DNA of 64,000 nucleotides from the human T2T-CHM13v2.0 reference genome, Homo sapiens: assembly GCF_009914755.1 (NCBI RefSeq), contig NC_060932.1; one strand, given 5' to 3'. The position numbers were made by a program, and so were the translations under genes. The notes under the pieces were generated by a model. It did no database searches. It was not told where the DNA came from and worked only from the letters and a program-made list of their open reading frames with translations. Shown in pieces: positions 54,599-64,000 of this stretch; position 1 is the stretch's first letter; every line of letters starts with the position of its first letter.

Positions 54599-57106
54599 CC
54601 ATTTTCATCTTCATTGTGCTTTGAACCACACTCCTAAGGCTGTGTAGCTTTTGATATTGAGAATTTTCTCTCTGAAGTTTAATCAAGTATTTTTATCAGA
54701 GCTCATGTATTCTTTGACTTTTTTGAATATGGGAAGCATGTTTTTATCTAACTAAAAGCCCTCAATATATCGCATTCATCTGGTAGCTTTTTTCCTTTTT
54801 CTCCAATCTTTTGAAAGCATCCTTCACATACAGTTTAACCTCATTTTTTATACGTATATTGTAAATATCACACATGACTTTATCAGGTTGCCTGATCCAA
54901 AATAAAATTTTTTGTTTCTTTGCAGTTTATCAATTAACCAGCATCTGTTGAATTCTTAATATTTACATTCTACTTAAAACACTGCAAAATTACATCTTCA
55001 TAAAAAAGCATGAAAATTATATACAGGTGATACCCAATGAAGTCTCAGAATTACAAGTAGTGCCAATCTATCCTTCCCCTACAAAATGTCTTGAAGTTAT
55101 TGCATCATTACTGGAGTTTATATTACAGAATTCCATTACAGATGGAGGAAGAAGGGCGTTCAAGCCAACAGTTGGGGGAAACCACGACCTCTCTGAGGCA
55201 CAGCAAAATGTTGACCTGAGCTTGGGGCCATATATAAGATGAGCTTCAACTCTGCAGTGTATTGTTGTTTTATGATTAATGATGAAATATTGAAAAGCTT
55301 CTGAGGAGAGAAACATGATCAGATCAATATTTCAGCAATCTCTTTCTGAGACTTTGGTTGTGATAGGGAGGCTGGAATGTGGACGAGAGACTTGAAGGAG
55401 GCAAGCGGTTAGAAAGGAGTTGACATAGCCGCGTGTTTCCTACGGTGCAAATCACACCAGGCATTTCTTTCTCATGTCTCTTACAAATAGTTCTCATTTT
55501 TAATTAATTCACTACAGTTACCTTCTTCCCAGTCTTTATACTGGTTTTATGCTTTATTAACAAACCACGATTCACACTCTGTTTCCACTTCATCTCCTGT
55601 TCTCCTTCGTCTCCATCCATGATCTCCCTCGGCCACACTTGCCTTGGCTCTTCTACTTTCTGAAACCATCTATTTTCAAAGATCACAGAGAAGCCGCAGA
55701 GCTTTTCTTCTCCCCATGTGGCATATCTCCAGGCTTTTCTGAGTCTCCTCTCTTCTGATATCCAGCTGTGACTAGTACAGCTTGAACCCCATTATGTTTG
55801 ATGACTACACATTTTATAGCCCGACTTCCTGTTCAACCTGATTTTGACTCTGATAGAATTAAACCTGCCCCTCAAATGAAGATCGCGTGTCTGCCAATGT
55901 AGCTCCTTTCTTCTACTAAAACCGTCTGATCCTTATTTTCATTTGTAATGTGAAAATAGAAATATTGTGTTTGAGGACAGTGCTACTCATCACCTGCACG
56001 GCACCCCCCAGGGGGCTGTGGCTTCCTTCCTCCTAGAAAGTTCCCTGCCGCCCACCACACTCCGTGACTTCCCCACTTACTCACTGATGCTTGAAATCCC
56101 CCTCTGAGGACCTCATTCCTTCAACAAACAACTCAAGGTGCTGATCGCTGTGAAAAATGAGACACCCCTAGAGAGAGAGGGAGCACTTTAAACTGTCACC
56201 GCGTTCACTCTTTACTGAGATTGCATTTTAAATTGTTATGAGAGCAGGTCCTAGTGGGAAGAGAGTTAAAGAAAGATTTCCTAGAAGAGCTGGTGCAGAA
56301 AGTTCAGAATGTTGAAGCTTTCAAAGTCCACTCCTTTTATTATTTCCTCATTCTGCCTGGAGCTTACTCTGAATTATTGTCACTACAGATATCATTTGCA
56401 TTACATATGTTTTCATTTATGGATAGATGTAAACATATATATACTTGCAATGCGATATACATGAATCAGGGCGTAGTGGACACTCAGGACCATGAAGCTG
56501 TAGGGGTTGGTGCCCTAACAGCAGGCAACCATCAACCCACAGAGGTTGGTGAAATCGTTCATTAGTAAGAAACACTGGCAGTGCTTGGAAAATGTCAAAA
56601 TAAATAAATAAAAGTTTAAAAAATACGTAGCTTTGCCTGATGCCCTGTTTGAAATGTTGTAGGAGACTCTCCTCATTAACTGAAGAAAAACTCACTGCAA
56701 TGCAATACATTTTTCATAGAGAAAAAACTGCATCAAAATCAGGAGATCTAAAATGAACACCACCAACAAAATACCACCATTACAATTACATTTCAAAAGA
56801 GAGAAAAAAAAAAGGCAAAGAAAATCTCAGTTGCCTGAGAATTAGCTCTTTTGCAGCAGCTTTAAAGAAAGGAAAAGAAAAGAAATGGTAAAATACATCC
56901 ACTTTAAGGTATACATCACTATATGTATATTAATCCTAACTCACTACTAAATCCCAGGCCTGTATATGATTAATATACTTATACATATAAAACAAAAATG
57001 GATGCAGCTTCCACATTATGAATTACTCCTCCAGCTGCAAGCTTACATGTGATTACTTGGTCCTGGCAGCGCTATTTGAAAGGCACAGTGCATTCCACGA
57101 TGCATA

Positions 57107-57325
57107 CAGTCCTCCCTTGGTGTCCACAGGGGATTGGTTCGAGGATCCCCATACATAGCAAAATACCTGCCCTACAGATCTCATGTATGGGCAAAGTCAG
57201 CCCTCCCTATATAGATGGATTTCACATCCCCGTGAATACTCTATTTTCCATCCATGTTTGGTTGAAAAAAATTCCATGTAAGTAGACCTGTGTAGTTCAA
57301 ACCTGCACTGTTCAACTATCAACTG
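57107..57325 (+). mobile_element. MER8 (TcMar-Tigger MITE)
   Basis: TA|CAGT..CCCTTGGTGTCC..GGGGATTGGTTC.AGGA.CCCC..TTTGGTTGAAAAAAAT..TCAACTG|TA. Confidence 0.88.
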
Positions 57326-57928
57326 TACACCCACACCTGTCAGGGGTGTGTGTGTGTGGCTGGACACATGGAGTCTTACTAGATTAATCTCAGCATGCTG
57401 GTACAGCTAGTTTTCCTGTATGACCTTAATAGGTATAGTACTTTATGGCTTAGTACTATAGTACTTTATGCCCTTAATAGGTTCTTCGAATCTGGGACTT
57501 TAAGAAAACTTATAAATAGAAAAACATTTTTTTCCTTGCCAATGTCATAACAAAACTACATTGAACAAAAGCATGTTATTCCACTAATTGCTGTACATCC
57601 TTTCACCTGAAGTCTCAGTTTCCAAGACCTATAGACAATGAGGATTACATATATCATACTACATAGGAAAAACTATCTAAAACCAGGATTCTATGAGTAT
57701 ATAGGCACAGATAACTATACACGATCACAGTATTTCAAAAAATACATAGAAACCACATGCATAACAAGTGATTTGCTTCAAACTTGTAATACCAGTTATT
57801 TACTTGCAGTATACCTTTTTTGAAGGCAGGGCTTTTATGTGCCTGTTTTTGTTGAATTAGGTGAGAAATAATTGCATTCTTCCTAACACTCCAAACCGAC
57901 TGTAGATGAACATAAAATATATTTGGAA

Positions 57929-57987
57929 GACTGTACATTTTCATTCTGTAATTCTTGACTGTACATTTTTCATTCTGTAATTCTTGA
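57929..57987. repeat. Tandem duplication of ~29 bp
   Basis: CTGTACATTTT(T)CATTCTGTAATTCTTGA twice. Confidence 0.9.
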
Positions 57988-58929
57988 ATGAACTCTCAGT
58001 AAAGGAGGTTAGTATGAGATGACCTTTACTCTAACTCACCACTATATACCTTTGCTTGTATCAGTCTTGATGAGTAAGTCTCGACACACAGATAAAACGA
58101 TAGATAAAATTTGTTAAGTTGTAGCTTTAGCTTCTCATAGAAATCAAATAAGAAGTATTTTGTAAGAAAGGAAATTAGTTCACAATATTTTTAATTACAA
58201 AGGAAGGAAAACCACATGCTTAAAACAGCTATTGCGTCATGTACCTGACATTTCTAACTATTATCATTTAAAAATGGGGATCATTATGTTGCCATCATTT
58301 GATTTTTGAGGAAGAAGTATAAAAAATATAAACAAATGAAAGCCAAAGAGCCAAATGATAGAGGGAAAATTACCATTTACTCTTACCTTTATCTTTTAAA
58401 AGAGATTTGGATAACTCATTTGTAAGAAGAATATACACTTGAATGACAGTCTTTCTCATAAAATATAACTTATAAAAAGGCAATGAGCATATTTGTATTA
58501 GTTCACAAATGAATGTGAGTATATGTATATAATTTTTCCAGTTTTATGTCAAAAGTCATGAAAGTGCTATTCCATTCATATTTACGGGTAATTCGAGAAA
58601 TGGATGGGTTTCTGGATTTCATATCAGATAACCGGTGCAACCCTGCTCAGGTCAATTATACTTTTTTATCTTCAACTCCGGGGTTTCAGAAGCAAATTAT
58701 AATAAATGCCTAATAAACTTATTTTGAGAGTTAAGTAGCAAATAAGAATAGAGGACATTCTATTAACTTCAATTTTCAGTTAAGCAATGAATATATTTTA
58801 ATATAAATATTTATCATTTGTCGTTCATTTGAAATTCAAATTAAATGAGGTTTTCTGTATTTTATCTAGAAACTCTAATAGAGAGCAGTAATCTGTAGCA
58901 AATAGTTTATAACCTGGATATGGTATTCG

Positions 58930-59150
58930 AATATTCAGTTAAAAGGATTTGTAGCTAGACCATCTGGGTCAAAACACTGACAGCTCAGCAAGATGATTTA
59001 GCCTCTGTAAGCTTCTGTCTGCGTGTATGTCTGGTGAAACCTGTACTGGTCACTTCTCCAAATGGTTGTGAAGGTGAAATGATATAACATACTTGCTGTG
59101 CTTAACATGGTGTTAAGTGTTCAGTAAGTGTTGACTCTCACCATTATCAC
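58930..59150 (+). mobile_element. MIR
   Basis: GTTAAAAG..TAGAC..CTGGGTCAAAA..GCAAGATGATTTAGCCTCTGT..GGTTGTGAAG..AAATGA.ATAA..TAAGTGTTCAGTAAGTGTT. Confidence 0.65.
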
Positions 59151-61185
59151 TGGATTACTTTTCTATGGAGGCTGTTGAAGTGTCCTGGGAGTATTCAGAA
59201 CGACATTTGTATTGCTATCAGTGATAACCGCATGCATTTTTTCAGCATATTCTATGTCACTTAAAATAAATGCAGAGTTGAAGTAAGAAACTGTGACTTT
59301 ATTGTAATATATAACTCATTTACTATATGGAACATATTAAATAACCCCTCCTCCATTATCTTAGAAGTGACTCTAATACTCACTAATGTATTTTTTTGCA
59401 AAGTTAAATTAGACATCAAAGCAGAACCAGAGAAGAAAATAGTTTATAAAGTCCAGGCCTCTGAAATAATCAGCATTTTATTAACACTATACTTCTTCTA
59501 GCTGCTACTATCAGGCTTATAACGTGAAGTATCACCCAACTGGCATACGTGGGGAGGAAAAACACATGACTTTTTTTACGTTTCACTTTTCTAAACTATG
59601 AGCACAAAATTAAGATTTTAAACACTATCAACGTGCTCAAAATGTCTCTGGTGCCCAAGAGTTGCAAACGCATTATTGATTAATCGTCAGCACAGTCGTA
59701 ATGGCATTAATTGAAACATCCAAGCAAATAACTGTTTCTTTAATATTTGTTTAGTCCACAAATTATAGTAAGAGGTCTGTGTTTATAGGGAAGGCCTTCT
59801 GTTCTTTAAATTATATCTATTCTATTAATAGATTAATCTATGAAATTTCTATTAAATATCGAACAAAAATCTATAGGTCTCCATTAAATTTACTTAAAAT
59901 AAAATTAAATGTTTCTTAGAAGTGCATCAGGTGCAAAGTCAACATAATACATAGCATTTCTTGTGTCTAAACTGCCTTGTGATCAGGAGATACGGGATTA
60001 TTAGAATTTTTTATCACTTGGAAAAATATTGCCACCCTCAACAAAATTTATGACTGCTTTGCTTTGAAAACTATTGTACTGCTTTTATTTTTTCCCAGAC
60101 TCAAGTACCCAAAAGGTTTGCTCACAGATATTCCAGAAGGAAATGTTGTGTCTTGGCCACATTCATATTTTCTTGAGAGCCATCAACAAACATGCTTGTA
60201 GCTGAGCAGAGTGTGTGGTATAGAATGACAGGTATAAATAGTTAATACATTTTTCCATTGGTATCCCTTAAACTACTTGCTCCAAGAAATTCTTCTAACA
60301 ATGAGATTAGTGATATAAGAAAAACAAATGAAAGCCCTTGGCCTTATAAAGATAACCAATGATAGTCAATAAAAGAGTAGCTTTTACGGCATAGTTACAT
60401 TTTCTGGGGTTTTTTCTTTCTAGTTTTTAAGATAAATTATTGTCTAGTTTGTTTTTATTGATTTTTTTACAAATAAATATGGGCGAAATGAAAGCAATAT
60501 GACTTCTCTTTTATGTTTTATTAAGAACAGAAACCGTAAGGTCAGAAGGTATAAAGCTTCTGTGTTGTGTATTTGTTGGAAGAAACTCAGTGCCAAGATT
60601 AAAGGAATCATCTTTAATGTTTTAAAGGAAAGGACAAAGGAGAATAAATACATTGATTTGTGTGCATGATACTATGGCCTTTATTTAAAATTTTACGTGT
60701 AGATCACAGATCTCGTAGAGGGAGTGATAGGAAAACAAACAACTGTGCTGCTTTTGTAACTGTTACACATTGGTGAACTTCCAAAACTTCTGAGTGTTCC
60801 TAAAATTGGCATAGATAAAAGGTAATATTGTAATTTTTAACCTCAGCATACAAAAATTCATGTGCACATCTTCCTAAAAATGCAAATAATGCAAAAATTG
60901 TATACGTTTTGCAAAGCTTGTTTTAGTGATAATACTCAGTGTGATTCCATTCACAATGAGTATAACTTTACACACACCTGTGCAAAACACTTTAGTCACA
61001 GAATAAAAACTCTAAAATGCTATAACTTTGGCATGACTAATGATCTATACTAATGAAAGTGATATTGTTATATTTTATATGTTATTCCACAAGGCATGAA
61101 TTATAATTGGATGAACAATAAATTAACTTGCACAAAAACAGGATTGTTTAAATGATACTTTGTGTAAAAAGGAAACCATGAATAG

Positions 61186-61846
61186 TTAAAAAGTCAGGAA
61201 ACAGCAGATGCTGGAGAGACTGTGGAGAAATAGGAATGCTTTTACAATGTTGGTGGGAGTGTAAATTAGTTCAACCGTTGTGGAAGACAGTGTGACGATT
61301 CCTTAAGGATCTAGAACTTGAAATACCATTTGACCCAGCAATCCCATTAGTGGGTATATACCCAAAGGGTTATAAATCATTATGCTATAAAGACACATGC
61401 ACACATATGCTTATTGCAGCACTGTTCACAATAGCAAAGACCTGGAACTAACGCAAATGCCCATCAACGATACACTGAATTTTAAAAAAAATGTGGCACA
61501 TATACACCACGGAATACTATGCAGCCATAAAAAAGGATCAGTTAATGTCCTTTGCAGGGACATGGATGAAACTAGAAACCGTCATTGTCAGCAAACTATC
61601 ACAAGAACAGAAAACTAAACACCACATGCTTTCACTCATAAGTGGGAGTTGAACAATGAGGACTGATGGACGCTTGGAGGGGAACATCACACACCAGGGC
61701 CTGTCAGGAGAAATACCTAATACAGATGACGGGTTAGTGGGTGCAGCAAACCACCATGGCACATGTTTAACTACGTAACAAACCTGCACGTTCTGCACAT
61801 GTACCCCAGAACTTTAAGTATAATAAAAATAAATTTAATAAAAAAA
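61186..61846 (+). mobile_element. L1PA (roughly PA5-PA7) 3' end: ORF2 C-terminal remnant plus 3' UTR
   Basis: TTAAAAAGTCAGGAAAC..AGATGCTGGAGAG..GAAATACCATTTGACCCAGCAATCCCATTA..GTGCAGCAAACCACCATGGCAC..AAGTATAATAAAA. Frame is disrupted. Confidence 0.93.
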
Positions 61847-62431
61847 GTGATTCACATAATTTTAAGTGAAGTAGTGATTCAAAGTCTTATTTTCCTTCTG
61901 GTCATTGATTCAGGAAACGAAGTCTTTAGTTCCAGTGGGATCCCAATTTTAATAAATAAAAGGAAATGTATATGTGTTTTGATGTTTCTGTATAGAAGGA
62001 AAACCCTCAGGGGAAAGAAAAATAGAACAGTGGTTTTCCCTGAGAACTAAATCTCTTTTCAGAAATACAATAAATGTTCAATTTCCTTAATCAGAAAATA
62101 AGTTAAAAACATTTAAATACATAGTTAAAATATGTAATAGAGTACTGGAATTCATTTCAAAGTAGCCTGTGTATGTTTTCGTATACCAACAAATGAAAAC
62201 AAACTACATATTTTAAAAAGATAAACTCCAGGTTAAGTTTAAATTCAGAGAAAGGTCAAAAAAATTACCAGGATGCCATCAGACTATCCATTTTACAATG
62301 TTGTGTGTTTTATAAAATTGCATGTAACTTTTCTGCCAATTAAAAATAGTTCCTTCATAAACCCTTACTATATAGAGCCATAGTTTAATCCAACACTATA
62401 CATACATATTTATATGTCATCTACAGATAAC

Positions 62432-62465
62432 ATATATATATATATATACACACAGACACATACAT
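62432..62465. repeat. (TA)n(CA)n microsatellite
   Basis: ATATATATATATATATACACACAGACACATACA. Confidence 0.85.
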
Positions 62466-62949
62466 ACTGCTGTTAATCTTTAAGAATTTCTTATGAAGTT
62501 GGGTTGTATTCTGAATAAATAAGCTTAAAAATCCACTGAAGGGAACGGGACTGACTTCCCTTGGATTTCTGACCTTTCACTCCTCTTTCGTGCCTCATCT
62601 CTGAATCTGAAGGTGTCTGGCTTGACCCAGCCCCCATTTCCCCATCAACTAATAGCTGTCCGTCAGCTTTCAGTCAACCTCCTCACCACATACTTAAATG
62701 TACCGTCTTAAAAAAGCATATTCTCATTGTTTCCTGGTGCCATGTTTTTCTTTTATATCTAGAGAGTTTTCTTGAAATTATAGACATGGATAGAGCTGCA
62801 TGTCTATACTCATGAAAACAGCAAGTTCACTATGAGGTGTCTCATACTTCCCTTTCTCACAAGGATATGCAGAAACAACCTGTTTGTATCATGTACTGAT
62901 TTAAACACAAGCGACAGAATTTAAGAAACTCCTTAAAGTGTTAACATAA

Positions 62950-63277
<328 letters not shown>

Positions 63278-63719
63278 CCCTTTCCCTAACTTTAAATACA
63301 ATAATTAAAATGCTACATTTATAAAATCCTTTATGGTTCTCTTTCTCCTTATGCTCATATAACTTCCACCAAAGAGAAGAATCTATTCTTGAATTTCAGA
63401 CTACATTCACAATTTATATATAATTCCAGTGCTCAATAGAGCCAAGCTTGGTAAGTGTTCAGTGAAGTATAGTGATTAAAATTCAGTTTAATTTTCAATG
63501 GATGGAGTGTAAAGTTCAAGGAGGTTAAAAACACAGTGGTAGTGCTGGTAATCTACAAAATGGCTAATATGTGACTTAAAATTCATAAGGAAACTGAAAC
63601 TATAAAATTATCAGCTATACAGAATATGAATACATATTGAGCCACATGATACAATTACATCTGATGCTGCTATAGCTATATAAAATATAATTTTTTAACA
63701 TGAAAGCAGCATTTTAATA

Positions 63720-63765
63720 TTAGGTTGACACAAAAGTAATTGTGAGTTTTACCATTAAAGTAAGG
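63720..63765. mobile_element. MADE1 (Hsmar1 MITE) half element
   Basis: TTAGGTTGACACAAAAGTAATTGTGAGTTTTACCATTA vs recalled consensus TTAGGTTGGTGCAAAAGTAATTGCGGTTTTTGCCATTA. Confidence 0.75.
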
Positions 63766-64000
63766 TACTAAAATACTAAACATATAACAAAACGTTAGAT
63801 AACATATGCCTATTTTTAGAAAATGATTAAATAAATTCATGAATGGAAACTCAAATTTTAGCTACGAATTCAACATAAAGTGTAGCTTTTTATTAACATA
63901 CCGAACAGTCTATAGCCACTTAAATGGCTAACAAAACCAGCTTGTAACTTGCTGCCACTATCATCTCTGTTTGACTTGGTATAAGATCTGAACAAAGAGC

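Noticed and set aside
61186-61620. ORFs similar to the L1 ORF2 C-terminus
   Set aside because: This is a 5'-truncated, frame-disrupted L1PA relic, not a gene.

Overview
This is AT-rich primate (very likely human) non-coding DNA, either a large intron or intergenic sequence. I recognise no protein-coding exon, tRNA, rRNA, snRNA, CRISPR array or CpG island. The ORF track is explained by Alu, L1, LTR and low-complexity sequence, or by chance. The window holds 12 Alu/FLAM copies (11 on the minus strand), several L1, L2 and MIR relics, MaLR LTRs (MLT1A0, MSTD, MLT1) and DNA-transposon fossils (MER85, MER45A, Tigger3, MER8, MADE1, MER91-like). It also holds a 14 x 38-bp minisatellite, a 1.1-kb polypurine array and microsatellites. 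The most notable structures are: (i) a ~182-bp interspersed direct repeat, ~85% identical, whose two copies each carry minus-strand acceptor/donor signals; (ii) a 1.1-kb hierarchical polypurine array that grew inside an MLT1A LTR; (iii) a piggyBac MER85 MITE; (iv) several small template-switch or templated-insertion scars; and (v) candidate regulatory motif clusters. Repeat family calls come from my recall of consensus sequences, not a database search, so subfamilies and boundaries are approximate. I found no evidence for a new coding system and cannot name the host locus.
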